Below are positions 9,128-19,681 of a stretch of DNA of 64,000 nt, one piece after another; position 1 is the stretch's first letter; each line of letters begins with the position of its first letter. The notes beneath the pieces are model-generated. The model did no database searches and was not told where the DNA came from. It was given only the letters and a program-made list of their open reading frames with translations. The DNA is from a virus. Taxonomy: Duplodnaviria > Caudoviricetes. Where the stretch lies: IMG/VR virus record IMGVR_UViG_3300043786_001086; one strand, given 5' to 3'. The translations under genes were made by a program, and so were the position numbers.

Positions 9128-9364
9128 TTAGTTGGTGCGTTCTAATTGATCTTCGTTGAAGATGTGAAGAAGTCCGTGTTCATCCATTTCTCCTACGACT
9201 CTAACATTTCCTTCTACGGTTTTAAATACCGATACGATGGTGCAAGGAAACTTATATCCTTTTAATTTTACTGCCTTGTCTCCTACTTGGAATTTTGTTT
9301 TGTTTACTTGTGGAAAATCTCCATCTGATAAAATGGGATCATTCCAATCGTTTTGTTCTTTCAT
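9128..9364 (-). CDS. Hypothetical protein (SH3/KOW-like)
   Basis: KFQVGDKAVK..GYKFP.TIVSVF. Confidence 0.7.
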   Translation of the reverse strand: MKEQNDWNDPILSDGDFPQVNKTKFQVGDKAVKLKGYKFPCTIVSVFKTVEGNVRVVGEMDEHGLLHIFNEDQLERTN

Positions 9365-9367
9365 TTT

Positions 9368-9805
9368 TTAATCTATTACATCTGTTAAGTATTGACCCGG
9401 ACCTAATTTTACCTTATATAAAGTTTGACCTTCAGGTGCTTCCATTTGATCCATCTCGTCCATCCAATTATCCCAATTTTTGTCCAATAAGTCAACAAAC
9501 GAATCGTTATTTCCTCTTTCTTTATATCGTTGAATGTATTCGTCTTTTAGACTTCTGTCAGGATAAACTAATACGAATGGAATACCTTTTTTTAATAGAG
9601 CATCTCTTACATCTTTATGTGATGAAACAAGAATCTTATCAACCTTTGGATCTTCTACGTTTCTTTCGATGTGTTCAATGTAGTTGTCAGGAAAATGTTT
9701 CTTGTCAAACTTTGAACTATCACTATCCAATACATTTCTATCTGTTGTATTGAAGTAAGTTGTTTTCCCTACACCGGGGAAAGCTGAATATACTTTTGTT
9801 TTCAT
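9368..9805 (-). CDS. P-loop NTPase/kinase-like protein
   Basis: AFPGVGKTT Walker A, DSDSS. Confidence 0.8.
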   Translation of the reverse strand: MKTKVYSAFPGVGKTTYFNTTDRNVLDSDSSKFDKKHFPDNYIEHIERNVEDPKVDKILVSSHKDVRDALLKKGIPFVLVYPDRSLKDEYIQRYKERGNNDSFVDLLDKNWDNWMDEMDQMEAPEGQTLYKVKLGPGQYLTDVID

Positions 9806-9809
9806 AATA

Positions 9810-10358
9810 TTAACTTAAATAATTTGACATATTTTTAGCGGCTTCAAATGCTTCTTCCATTGTTTCAATCAATTTTGATCCTCTTAATTTGAATGGTATT
9901 ACATAAGATATTCCGTCTTCATCCATCCATTTTCTACCAAGTTCATCTTCTTCTTGATATAAATCCGCGAACTTTGTTTCGTATTCATTCCATTGTTCTT
10001 CAGGGTAATCTTCTTTAACGGGTTCATAATCCCCATCAAATAATCTATCTCCGATTTTGAAAAGACTACCACCTCTGTGAGTGTATCCATACATCCCTTC
10101 GATAACAGGGTTATCAGTTCCATATGTATCTTCGATAATAACCGCAGCAACTCCGTGGGGATAATTTTCATCAACCATCATTTTATTTTTAACATACCAT
10201 CTTGCTTCATCAATACTACCGATATATGTTCCATCAGGCGATAAGAATGAATTTTCCAATGTGTTTTCGTTGTTTGGTCCAAATGTATGTGTTCCAATTT
10301 TTCCCCCTGTTAATCTTTCAATTTCTTGAATTTCTTCTTGTGAAATTTTTTTTTTCAT
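9810..10358 (-). CDS. Hypothetical protein
   Basis: 182-aa ORF. Confidence 0.75.
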   Translation of the reverse strand: MKKKISQEEIQEIERLTGGKIGTHTFGPNNENTLENSFLSPDGTYIGSIDEARWYVKNKMMVDENYPHGVAAVIIEDTYGTDNPVIEGMYGYTHRGGSLFKIGDRLFDGDYEPVKEDYPEEQWNEYETKFADLYQEEDELGRKWMDEDGISYVIPFKLRGSKLIETMEEAFEAAKNMSNYLS

Positions 10359-10385
10359 AATTTAATAAACTTTAATTGTTGAGTG

Positions 10386-10697
10386 TTATTCTGCGATGTA
10401 AATTTTAGTTGGTCTTACGTATGTATCAAACTTACCATTATCAACCGTCCAATCTTCCACGTCTTCTGTGTATGGTTTTTCCTCACACTTAATAGCGTAA
10501 AATATTTGACATCCCGCAATAGTAATTTCTTTACCATTTTTACCAACCATCGCATACCAGTTGGCACTATTTCTGTTCGTTTTAACTCCGAGAATGGAGT
10601 CTTCTAAAATATTAACATCACCCCAAACTGCGGTATAAGTTTTTCCGTCAGGTGCGACAAAATATCTGTCTGTTGTAATTAGGTATTTTCCTGTCAT
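10386..10697 (-). CDS. Hypothetical protein
   Basis: 103-aa ORF. Confidence 0.75.
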   Translation of the reverse strand: MTGKYLITTDRYFVAPDGKTYTAVWGDVNILEDSILGVKTNRNSANWYAMVGKNGKEITIAGCQIFYAIKCEEKPYTEDVEDWTVDNGKFDTYVRPTKIYIAE

Positions 10698-10713
10698 AAT
10701 TTATTTTTTGTTG

Positions 10714-11397
10714 TTAAAATTTTCTTTCTTTCATCATTCTTTTAAGACATTGTTTAATTGTCTCACCTTTATTAGTGTCGTGTCCCGCACCATAAGTTCC
10801 TCCTTTATATGAATCAACACCTTTCCCAATCGGATTACTGAAATCAACATCAATACTTCGTCTTACTTTTCTAAAAAGTCGTGTCCACCTGAACATTCTT
10901 GGTCTCCATTCTCTTTCCTCTAACTTACAAGTGGCCTCAGTATCTTGGAACAAATCGTCGTGAATGTAATAGTATTTATGTGTTTCTTTATGGATTTTTT
11001 CTTTCCATTCAGGAGTATAAAAATCAATTTTATTTTTTTTGGTTTGGTGTGCCCATGTTCCATCTTTTAGAAATTTGGATGTTCTTACCCAATCATATTG
11101 CCAAGGTAAATCAATACATTTTATTTTTTTTGTTCCTCTATGGATCCATAATGAATCAGGAAACCAACTACCTACCGAATAAAAATAAAATCCATATTTT
11201 GGTCTTTCATCCTTATATTTTGGTGGTTTGTTTGTTTTGAATGTCATATAAAATTGACCCCAAATAAAACAAAAATCTAATTTCCAATTTAATCCATTAC
11301 TTGGTAGGTATCTTAAATTCCATTTATGGAATCCAGGGTAAAACTCCATCCAATCATTTCTCCATCTACCAGGTTCAACCTTTCTTAATCCTAACAT
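10714..11397 (-). CDS. Hypothetical Trp-rich protein
   Basis: 227-aa ORF. Confidence 0.75.
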   Translation of the reverse strand: MLGLRKVEPGRWRNDWMEFYPGFHKWNLRYLPSNGLNWKLDFCFIWGQFYMTFKTNKPPKYKDERPKYGFYFYSVGSWFPDSLWIHRGTKKIKCIDLPWQYDWVRTSKFLKDGTWAHQTKKNKIDFYTPEWKEKIHKETHKYYYIHDDLFQDTEATCKLEEREWRPRMFRWTRLFRKVRRSIDVDFSNPIGKGVDSYKGGTYGAGHDTNKGETIKQCLKRMMKERKF

Positions 11398-11540
11398 AAC
11401 TTTTTATATTTTCTTATTCCATACCCAATCACAGTTTCACCATCAATTAAAGAACATATCTCAACTTTGAATATCTTTCTTAGCGTGGGGTTAAACCATC
11501 TTTTAAACCAAACATTGTGGTGTGTCATATTAATTTAATT

Positions 11541-12374
11541 TTAATCTTTGTATTTGTAATTGTCAAATTTTTTATTTTTACTTAAAACCCTCCATCTTAT
11601 CGTTGCCATAGGTAGATTAAGTATTTTGGATGCCTCACCAGCAGAACGGTATTCAACATCATCAATTATTATTGGTATATTCTGTTCTCCATTATAAGTT
11701 CCTTTTCTGATTTCACTTAACTTATTTTTAGTTTCTTCCGAATGTTGTTTACCAAAAAATGGATTATCGTCATTACTTCTTGGTCTACATTTATTACAAT
11801 GAGTGTGACCGTAACCTATTCTTTTACCACATTCACAATAGACATAAGTTAAACCTCCCTTCCAATTAGGATTTTGTTCTTTATCATAACTTCTTCTATT
11901 ATCTAATGATTTTTTTACAATTTCTTTAGGTATTTTCTTACCTTTCCAAAATCCTTCTTTACCATACATTCCATTTTTTTCGCCAGATACACTTTCACTT
12001 CTTTTTTTTCTTTCATCATCACTGATATTGTCCCAATACTTTTTTGTTGAGAGTCTTTGGTTTTCAACCCAATTCTCATCATACTTAATAAATTCAGATA
12101 AATCTCCACCAGTGCCACCTTCAGTTAAATTATAGCCGTTTGCAATTGTTTTGAGTTTATCAATCCAAAAAATTTCTTTTTCATTCAACTCATCTTTATT
12201 AGAACACTCTTCTAAAATAGTTTTAGAGAAATTTTCTAACCCATATTTTTTTATGGCTAACTTAATCAACTTTCCACTCCCAAAATATTTTTCAAATGAT
12301 AATCCACTATATTGTCCGACATAAGATTTACCATTAATGTTGTTTTTTATTTCATAAACTAAAAATTTCTTCAT
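11541..12374 (-). mobile_element. Free-standing GIY-YIG homing endonuclease (NUMOD3/NUMOD1-type tail)
   Basis: LVYEIKN.INGKSYVGQ...YFGSG...E..WI...GYN; PFFGKQHSEETK. Confidence 0.88.
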
Positions 12375-12429
12375 ATTGATTTACTTTAAGGTTTATCCTT
12401 TAATATAAATATCCTCAAATAATAAAAAG

Positions 12430-13524
12430 TTAGTTAGAAAGTGGCATTTTTATACTTGGGTGTGATTTGTAATTTTTAAGTGTGAAATCGCCAATAGTAT
12501 AAGATTCTATTGATGGTCTTGAACCTTCATAGGTGGGGAACTGATTAAGAGTTGGTAATTCAAATGGTTCTCTTGTTAATTGTTCTTTCACACCATCAAT
12601 TTGATTTAGATATATGTGACAATCTCCCATATTTGAAATCAATTCTTCAGGTACCATATTAACCTCTTTTGCCAATATCATCAAAAGTAACCCATATGAA
12701 GCCAAATTAAATGGAAGCCCGAGCGGAACATCATTGCTTCTCATATTGAACATTAAAGAGATTGCCCTGGTTGGTATACTACAATCATTGAATAAACTAT
12801 TCCATCCATTTTCATCTGTCGGAAAAATATCTTTAACATAAGACGATTTATCATATATGTCTTTTCTTTCCTGTAAACTGAACTCTCTTGTATAAATTTG
12901 AAATCCATAATGACAAGGTGGAAGAGTCATCTGGTCCAATTCCGATGGGTTCCAAGCTGTAACCATCAATCTTCGGCTATCAGGATTTGTTTTAAGGTCG
13001 TGAATAAGATTTTTTATCTGGTCAAGTTTAGGCACTTCAGAAAAATGAGTAACAGCCCCATGATTCCATCCTGAAGGTTTTTTATCAAAGCCACCCCACG
13101 CTCTCCATTGTCTACCATACACAGGACCTAAATCTCCCCACTTCTTAGCAAACTCATCATCTGTTTTGATTTTGTTGATGAACTCTTCTTGTGTACTAGG
13201 CCATCCTATTGCAACTAAATTTTGGTAACCTCCAGAGATAATCTTTTGACCGTAGTTCTTATAAGCATCACCGTCCCAAATATGACAATCATTATCTATA
13301 AGGTATTTAATGTTCGTATCACCACGTAGGAACCAAATCAATTCAGTTACAATTCCTTTCCAAAACATTTTCTTGGTTGTGAGTAAAGGAAATCCTTCAC
13401 TCATGTTGTGTCTGATCTGACGACCAAAAACACTGATGGTTCCTCCATTTCTTGTTTCTTTTTTTACCCCATTATCCAAAATATCTTGAAGTAAATCTTG
13501 GTATTGTTTGTCTAAATTATTCAT
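12430..13524 (-). CDS. thyA: Thymidylate synthase ThyA
   Basis: FPLLTTKK, ELIWFLRG, DLGPVYG.QWR, DSRR, PPCH, LGLPFN, GDCHIY; uninterrupted. Confidence 0.95.
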   Translation of the reverse strand: MNNLDKQYQDLLQDILDNGVKKETRNGGTISVFGRQIRHNMSEGFPLLTTKKMFWKGIVTELIWFLRGDTNIKYLIDNDCHIWDGDAYKNYGQKIISGGYQNLVAIGWPSTQEEFINKIKTDDEFAKKWGDLGPVYGRQWRAWGGFDKKPSGWNHGAVTHFSEVPKLDQIKNLIHDLKTNPDSRRLMVTAWNPSELDQMTLPPCHYGFQIYTREFSLQERKDIYDKSSYVKDIFPTDENGWNSLFNDCSIPTRAISLMFNMRSNDVPLGLPFNLASYGLLLMILAKEVNMVPEELISNMGDCHIYLNQIDGVKEQLTREPFELPTLNQFPTYEGSRPSIESYTIGDFTLKNYKSHPSIKMPLSN

Positions 13525-13529
13525 TTTCG

Positions 13530-14378
13530 TTATTTTTTATATTCCCATTTATAACCACCAGCGGTTTCTTGTTTTCCTTTACATACCGCAGATATATTGA
13601 ATATTTTTAATTGTTTTTCAACTTCTGTTATACTATCCCAAGTATAAAGTAAATTACCATTTAAATCAAATTGTAAAACCTGTAATCTTTTTTTTGATGA
13701 TCCTGTTGACACACCTTTTTTCAATTTTGATAGTTTTTCTGAAAACCCTTTTGGTTTAGGTTTTCTCATTTTATTTTTTGTTTCTTCAGATAGTTTCCTA
13801 CCTTTACCCGCCTTTGATATTTTTTCTTTGGCTTCGTCAGTATGCTTCCACCCATTCTCTAATTTATATTGCTGATGTTGTGATATTTTTAATCTCCATT
13901 CAAAATGTCTTCTATCGGCCTCTTCTTTACCATATTTTTCTAACCATAAACTATAACGACCTTTTTTAGTTAGTTCTGTGCCGTTTTCCTTGTTATGTTT
14001 TATGATTTTTTCAATTTGTTGTTTTTTTCTAATATCAGCTTCTTCCTGACCGTGTTTTTCAACCCAATAATTATAAATTCCGTTTTTAGTAATGTCTTGA
14101 CCTATTTGTCTGTCACCCTCTTTACCACCATTACTTATATTATAACCAATTTTTCTATCTTGACTATTATATTTTAATATCCAGTAAACTTCTCTTTCAT
14201 TCATATGATTTTCATCAACACACTCTTCTAAAATTTCTTTTACAAAATTTTCTTTACCATATTTTTTTATGGCTCTTTGTATTTTTTTACCACTTCCGAA
14301 GTAAGATGGGTTATTATTTCTATCTTGACCGATATAGATTTTATTATTAAGATTGTTAGTTATTTTATAGATAATCAT
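13530..14378 (-). mobile_element. Free-standing GIY-YIG homing endonuclease
   Basis: IIYKITN..N.KIYIGQ..YFGSG; HTDEAKEKIS; QFDLNG..W.S...TAGGYKW. Confidence 0.88.
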
Positions 14379-14420
14379 TTTACTTGTTTATTATAAATAT
14401 CTACTATCTTATTTTTATAT

Positions 14421-14705
14421 TCAATTACTATCTTTTTTGATAACTAAATTATTCATCATTACTTTTCTATTTTTTTTAAATCTAAAAATTGGTTGTTCTT
14501 TACCTCCGTAGTTTTGAGTATCGACTTGATCATTCCACTCGGAAAATGGTCTTGCATATTGTGATCCAAAAGAAAGTGATTTGTAAATGACTAGCGGTTC
14601 GTCAGTATCTGTGTGATTACACATGCAAATAACTTCGTATTGACCACCTTTATAGTGTTGGTATTTTTCACCCGGCTTTGGGTAATTTTTAATTAGATTA
14701 CTCAT
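14421..14705 (-). CDS. DUF1653-like protein
   Basis: YQHYKGGQYEV...VIYKSL...YARP. Confidence 0.75.
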   Translation of the reverse strand: MSNLIKNYPKPGEKYQHYKGGQYEVICMCNHTDTDEPLVIYKSLSFGSQYARPFSEWNDQVDTQNYGGKEQPIFRFKKNRKVMMNNLVIKKDSN

Positions 14706-14950
14706 TTTACTATTGCAGAAGTCAATAAATTAATAAGACCTTGTAGTTGTCCAAACTCAGTAAATCTAATTGATGGTTCTGTGTTGAAGACCTCAACATA
14801 CCACATATGGTCTTCAACATCTTCACTTGAACAAGAAATAAGTGATAGACCACTGGCAATTTCGTAGTAGTAATAATAAGTTTCGTCTCCTTCGTATTCG
14901 TCGATAAATTCTTTATCGAATCCTAATAAATGTAATTCTTTTTCTGTCAT
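14702..14950 (-). CDS. Hypothetical protein
   Basis: ORF in run. Confidence 0.7.
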   Translation of the reverse strand: MTEKELHLLGFDKEFIDEYEGDETYYYYYEIASGLSLISCSSEDVEDHMWYVEVFNTEPSIRFTEFGQLQGLINLLTSAIVK

Positions 14951-14965
14951 GGTTTAAAAATAAAA

Positions 14966-15253
14966 CTATTTTTCTAACGAATCAAGGTAATCATTAAAAT
15001 CTTTTCTTGAAGGTGGTCTTCCGTCAATATTATGATGACCATTATAATAGTTTCTTATTTTTTGAATGGTTTCATAAACTTCAAACTCCTGTAATCCATC
15101 TCGAAGGGTATTATCCCAAATTGACATATCCTCGTCGTCGTGGTAATATCCTTCTGAACCAATACAAGTTGATTTTACATTTTTATCTTTAAATGCACCA
15201 TCAGGACCTCCTTGAGAGTCGTCTAACGGGTAAGGTATTCTATCTTCGCTCAT
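14966..15253 (-). CDS. Hypothetical protein
   Basis: ORF in run. Confidence 0.7.
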   Translation of the reverse strand: MSEDRIPYPLDDSQGGPDGAFKDKNVKSTCIGSEGYYHDDEDMSIWDNTLRDGLQEFEVYETIQKIRNYYNGHHNIDGRPPSRKDFNDYLDSLEK

Positions 15254-15555
15254 ATTAATTTTAAATCTTTTCTGTATTTATTTATTTTTTCCCTTGTTTT
15301 CGAAAATTCATCATTATCACATGGTTTGTGCCCATTCCTAACCGCCTCAATAATCTTTAATTCATTTTCAATAATAAAACTTGTTTTTTCTTGTTCTGTT
15401 AGCTCATAAGGAACAACCTCAAGTCTAATAAACTCACGAATCATCGTTTTTATTTTATCAATTTGTTTATTTGGGTCTTGTTTGGACTCATGACACATAA
15501 CCGAAGTTTGATATATCGTTTTACTAAGATCTAAAATTCTTTTATCAAATTTCAT
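15250..15555 (-). CDS. Hypothetical protein
   Basis: 4-nt overlaps. Confidence 0.7.
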   Translation of the reverse strand: MKFDKRILDLSKTIYQTSVMCHESKQDPNKQIDKIKTMIREFIRLEVVPYELTEQEKTSFIIENELKIIEAVRNGHKPCDNDEFSKTREKINKYRKDLKLI

Positions 15556-15803
15556 AAACTTTCAAAATAAATTGCCTTAATTTTAGCAAAATCAGTTTTA
15601 ATAATTTGTTGTTTTTCTTCACTATATTCACCAGAAGTTATGATGTCAAATACAACCTCAACACCATCTTTAAGTATTTTTTTTGTTGATGGTTTATTGA
15701 TCCATTCTTGGTTTTCTTCCCATATTGGATAAACTTTATTATCATTTTGGGATAAATTTTTTACCACCCATTGATTTTCGAAAAATATCAAATATCCATC
15801 CAT
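15552..15803 (-). CDS. Hypothetical protein
   Basis: 4-nt overlap. Confidence 0.7.
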   Translation of the reverse strand: MDGYLIFFENQWVVKNLSQNDNKVYPIWEENQEWINKPSTKKILKDGVEVVFDIITSGEYSEEKQQIIKTDFAKIKAIYFESL

Positions 15804-15806
15804 AAA

Positions 15807-16007
15807 CTATAGGTATAGTGTATATAACTTTTGAGCAATTACTTTTAATTTAATTTCAAGTTCAGAGATTCTTTGTTTTTGTTCTTTAGTTAATTCAAAA
15901 CTTGATGCTTTGATATCGGCAATCTCGTTTGATATCAAACGATGCTCATTCATTAACTGTCCTTGAATCATTCTTTTATCCATAATTTTATTTTTTAATC
16001 CCACCAA
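15807..16007 (-). CDS. Small coiled-coil protein
   Basis: ORF in run; start may be MDKRM. Confidence 0.65.
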   Translation of the reverse strand: MVGLKNKIMDKRMIQGQLMNEHRLISNEIADIKASSFELTKEQKQRISELEIKLKVIAQKLYTLYL

Positions 16008-16582
16008 AATGCAAGTCTTTCCTCAAGCACTCTGAATAGTAGTTTATTTGCTTTATTATGATTATAATGGGAAACCAATAAACATAAACGCTTTTTGTCA
16101 TCTTGTTCTCCATGTTCTTTAACAACCGCACGAACTGAAGAAGGATATTTAGAAAGGTATTCATCATATTTTTCCCACTTTTCCTCAAAATCAATTGATT
16201 TAAATCCAGGTTTATCAGGAACATCGTCGAATATCATATCGTTATCCCAATAATCCATACACTCCAATTGGTAGTATTCTTCATTTACTCTTTCAAGTAA
16301 ATTAAGAGCTAAAGTCATATCACGATTATCAAGTTCAATTCTCATGTGTCGGTTGGAATTAACAAGTTCTTTTCTTTGAAATTCAATTTTCTTTTGTAGA
16401 ATCTTTAAGATAAAACTATCATCCCAATCTCTATCGTTCCAAATAGTTGGAAACCACTTGATTAAGTTATGACAACTGGTTATAAAATCTCTAATTCTCC
16501 AATGTAATCTCCCGTATAATGTTGATCTATCCCAAGCCGTGTCTTCAGGGATCGGTAGTTGTTTATATGTTTTCATCTCCAA
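15995..16582 (-). CDS. Hypothetical protein
   Basis: WFPTIWNDRDWD...; 195 aa. Confidence 0.75.
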   Translation of the reverse strand: MEMKTYKQLPIPEDTAWDRSTLYGRLHWRIRDFITSCHNLIKWFPTIWNDRDWDDSFILKILQKKIEFQRKELVNSNRHMRIELDNRDMTLALNLLERVNEEYYQLECMDYWDNDMIFDDVPDKPGFKSIDFEEKWEKYDEYLSKYPSSVRAVVKEHGEQDDKKRLCLLVSHYNHNKANKLLFRVLEERLAFWWD

Positions 16583-16844
16583 ATTCTGTTATGTATTCGT
16601 CTTTTAATTCGTTATATTCTTTCATACTCTTTTTAAACTTTCTATCCATGTGAACCCAACCAACCATACAAACCAACCAAATAGTAAAATATAAAGTTAT
16701 ATTGAGATTGTTATCCCAAAAAATTAAGTATATGAATTCAAATAACCACAAGAATGTCAAGACACCTGAAATTAGATTATAAGTTCTGGCTTCATCAATT
16801 TTGGTAACCATTTCAATCAAAAGTTCTTGTTGTCTTTCTGTCAT
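16563..16844 (-). CDS. Two-TM membrane protein
   Basis: Two hydrophobic stretches. Confidence 0.7.
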   Translation of the reverse strand: MTERQQELLIEMVTKIDEARTYNLISGVLTFLWLFEFIYLIFWDNNLNITLYFTIWLVCMVGWVHMDRKFKKSMKEYNELKDEYITEFGDENI

Positions 16845-16873
16845 TTTATATGTTTTTTACAAATATAATAAAA

Positions 16874-18610
16874 TTATGGTAATTCATCCCAAAAATCATT
16901 CACAGGAACTTGTTGCATATCTAAAATTTCGTTTTGCCATGAATTGAACTCAAGTGTTTCATAATTCCATCTTGGTGTCATAGGAATAACTCTTGTTCCA
17001 TTATCAAAGTCAATTTCAAAAGTCGAGAACTGTTCCGTTATTTTACCATTACGATATCTTTTAGTCAACTTTGGAAGTTTAAGTGTCCCAAGTTTATATT
17101 CTAAATTAATATTTGCCAACTGAATTTTTGCAACATGAGAAAATGTTTCATTTGGTAACTCATTAAACCTTGCTCTTTCTTGAACATTAAGAATTTCATT
17201 TTTTCTAAATTGGTATTCAACAGTAATCCTTTCTTGACCATTTATAGAACCTTTTCGAATTGAGAAGATTATTGAATCGGGTCTTTCACAATATGTTCTT
17301 ACACAATTATGTTGGTGTTGTGATTCTTTCTCGTAATCTAGTGTTTTTCTCAATAGTACAGGATAATATGTTTCACCCTCGTGTTCAATAGGTGTTTCTA
17401 AAGTATCAATTTCACCATAATATCTTTCAACCTCACCTCTTGTGTATGAAGTAAGTAATCTACTAAACTCTTCGTGTTCTAAATTGAAGGTACTTCTATT
17501 TTGAAATTTCAACTTAACATCTTCACCAAGTTCATTTAGTTTCTTTTTGAACTCTAAATGTTCAATAAGTGTATGAAATACCGCATCATCAAGATGTTCA
17601 CCAAGGGTTAGGATTCTATCTTTTTCTTTATTAGTTAACTCAGGAAACTTTCTTTTAAAATCTTTAAAATAGTCCTGATGGGTACAATACCAATATTGTC
17701 CTCCCGCAGGATTTTCTTCAATGGGGTTACCATATCTATCATTTGAGAATTGATAATCGAATATTTTATCAGGTAGTTTATTGAATCTATCAATTCCTAA
17801 CAAATAGTAGAGACCTGTAAGTCTATCAAAATTGACATTTGGGATTTCATTAAGAATTCTTTTAATTTTTGACCCTTTTAATTTTAACATTTTCATAACC
17901 CCATCAACTAAGTTCATATCACAACTTCTAAGAGTTTTGATTGGGACAAATGTGTCGGTGTATTGAATCCAATTGTTTGGTATTTTTACACCTTTGATCA
18001 AATACTTTGTTAAACTATAATGGGTAAAAGGATTTTTTGTCTCAAAGTTTTGTGTGTTTTCAAGTCCAAGTCTATCCCATATTTTTTCTAAAAAAAAATA
18101 AAAATAACTTTCAGGTCTAACAGAATTATGAATTTTCAAAGTGTATTCTAAATCTCTAATAGCTCTAAAACTTGGATCAACCTTCATGGAGTTTCCAATC
18201 TTTGTTTTATTCTTTCCTTTGAATGTACCTGTGTAGAACATTTTGGTTTTGAAATTGAAGGATAGGTAGTTTGTGTGTTTTCTTACCACAAAGAATCTTT
18301 TTCCTACTATTCTCCATTTATGGTAATACTGAGCCTTTATTGAAATTGAGTCTTCCCCTTCTTCAATAAAAACTCGTTGTCTTGTAAAGTCTACTTGAGC
18401 CCATATGTTTCCAAAATTTTTAACATAGTCTTCTTCAGACAAAAAGAGTTCGTCGTAATAAAATCTACCTGTTTTTTTTATAATACATTCATTATTCCCG
18501 TTACGATATACAGGTCCATACTCTATAGGACAGGAGTTTTTGAAAGTCTGCGTTTTATAAGACTTTAACTCAATAAACTTATGAAATGTTTTACCTTCTA
18601 CTTGCAACAT
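16874..18610 (-). CDS. PcfJ-domain protein
   Basis: C-terminal EHE...ES..QHNCV.TY...SIFSIR...T.E..Q..ARFN. Confidence 0.8.
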   Translation of the reverse strand: MLQVEGKTFHKFIELKSYKTQTFKNSCPIEYGPVYRNGNNECIIKKTGRFYYDELFLSEEDYVKNFGNIWAQVDFTRQRVFIEEGEDSISIKAQYYHKWRIVGKRFFVVRKHTNYLSFNFKTKMFYTGTFKGKNKTKIGNSMKVDPSFRAIRDLEYTLKIHNSVRPESYFYFFLEKIWDRLGLENTQNFETKNPFTHYSLTKYLIKGVKIPNNWIQYTDTFVPIKTLRSCDMNLVDGVMKMLKLKGSKIKRILNEIPNVNFDRLTGLYYLLGIDRFNKLPDKIFDYQFSNDRYGNPIEENPAGGQYWYCTHQDYFKDFKRKFPELTNKEKDRILTLGEHLDDAVFHTLIEHLEFKKKLNELGEDVKLKFQNRSTFNLEHEEFSRLLTSYTRGEVERYYGEIDTLETPIEHEGETYYPVLLRKTLDYEKESQHQHNCVRTYCERPDSIIFSIRKGSINGQERITVEYQFRKNEILNVQERARFNELPNETFSHVAKIQLANINLEYKLGTLKLPKLTKRYRNGKITEQFSTFEIDFDNGTRVIPMTPRWNYETLEFNSWQNEILDMQQVPVNDFWDELP

Positions 18611-18614
18611 AACA

Positions 18615-18622
18615 CAAAGATA
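18615..18622 (-). promoter_or_regulatory. Bacteroidota sigma-A -7 element TATCTTTG, 4 nt before ATG
   Basis: Matches TAnnTTTG; same motif at >=12 other gene starts in window. Confidence 0.75.
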
Positions 18623-18669
18623 GAAAAAACCCCCGACTTATTCAACCGGGGGATCACACTTTTTTTTCA

Positions 18670-18891
18670 CTAAACTAAACTTACTATCAACTTACCAGGG
18701 TTGTTCCACGCTTCGTTATAGGTGAACTCATAATCTTTTAGATTTTTGATGACCACATCTTTCATCGTTTGGCTTATGCCGGTGATGATTTCAATCTCCT
18801 TAGATTTTTTATTCATCTGTTCCCAAATAAATTGATCCATTAACTTGGCAACGTCAGCGTGTTTAACTCCATGTAAATCAAGTGTTTTCAT
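18670..18891 (-). CDS. Smr-domain-like small protein
   Basis: LDLHG...IITG...N.G motifs. Confidence 0.7.
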   Translation of the reverse strand: MKTLDLHGVKHADVAKLMDQFIWEQMNKKSKEIEIITGISQTMKDVVIKNLKDYEFTYNEAWNNPGKLIVSLV

Positions 18892-18941
18892 AATAAATGA
18901 ATTTGTGTATTATGGCGTTGATCGCCCAATGAGATATGTTA

Positions 18942-19574
18942 TTATTCGTTATCATAAAACATTCTCTCACTGTCTTCTGTGTGCCATTTTTCATGGTCTT
19001 CCACATTATAAAATTCATTACAAACGAGGTAATCTGGTTTTTCAGGAAAGGGTTTGGTCACAAAACTTGGTTCGGACCATTTAATTCTATTATTAGGTTG
19101 TAAGGCAATTTGTCCGTTATCTAATAATATTATGTGATGGGATTTATGTTCCATTGGATCTTCGGACAATGTGATATCAGTATTAATATCATTTGAACCC
19201 CAATTTATAGTGGCAAAATATTTACCCGAATAAAATTTTCTATCTTTCATATAAACTTCAACAGGTCCACCTGAAACAAAATTTAATTTAAGAAGTGTGA
19301 AATTATATGAAAAACAATTCCATAATTGTAAATAATGAAATGGAAGATCTGGATTTGGTAATTCAGGTTTTGTTAGTAGTGCATGTGACGGGAGTTTATC
19401 TCTCATAACCCCATTATCTAATAGAACTTGAAATAAGGCCGCTTGACCTGGCATACATCTCACAGAAATAATAATCCCTTGAGTGAAATTACCCTTTCCA
19501 TTTTTACCCTGATAAAAGTATTCGTCTCTAACCCAAACTTTTAAAGGATAAAAATTATGTTCAATGTAAGCCAT
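18942..19574 (-). CDS. Hypothetical protein (full copy of MAYIEHNF family)
   Basis: 210 aa; truncated paralog at 28461..28676. Confidence 0.8.
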   Translation of the reverse strand: MAYIEHNFYPLKVWVRDEYFYQGKNGKGNFTQGIIISVRCMPGQAALFQVLLDNGVMRDKLPSHALLTKPELPNPDLPFHYLQLWNCFSYNFTLLKLNFVSGGPVEVYMKDRKFYSGKYFATINWGSNDINTDITLSEDPMEHKSHHIILLDNGQIALQPNNRIKWSEPSFVTKPFPEKPDYLVCNEFYNVEDHEKWHTEDSERMFYDNE

Positions 19575-19681
19575 TATTTTTTCTTTCTTTTCTTAAAGTA
19601 TCTGTATGTAAGATATCCTCCCAATAATATTATTGTTAAAGAAATCCCAAACACATGTACATATGTTTCAAGTAACGTCAT
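19574..19681 (-). CDS. Single-TM peptide (35 aa)
   Basis: MTLLETYVHVFGISLTIILLGGYLTYRYFKKRKKK; paralog at 28676..28786. Confidence 0.7.
   Translation of the reverse strand: MTLLETYVHVFGISLTIILLGGYLTYRYFKKRKKK

Noticed and set aside
12430-13524. Group I intron in thyA carrying the endonucleases
   Set aside because: thyA is continuous with all motifs; both endonuclease genes lie outside it
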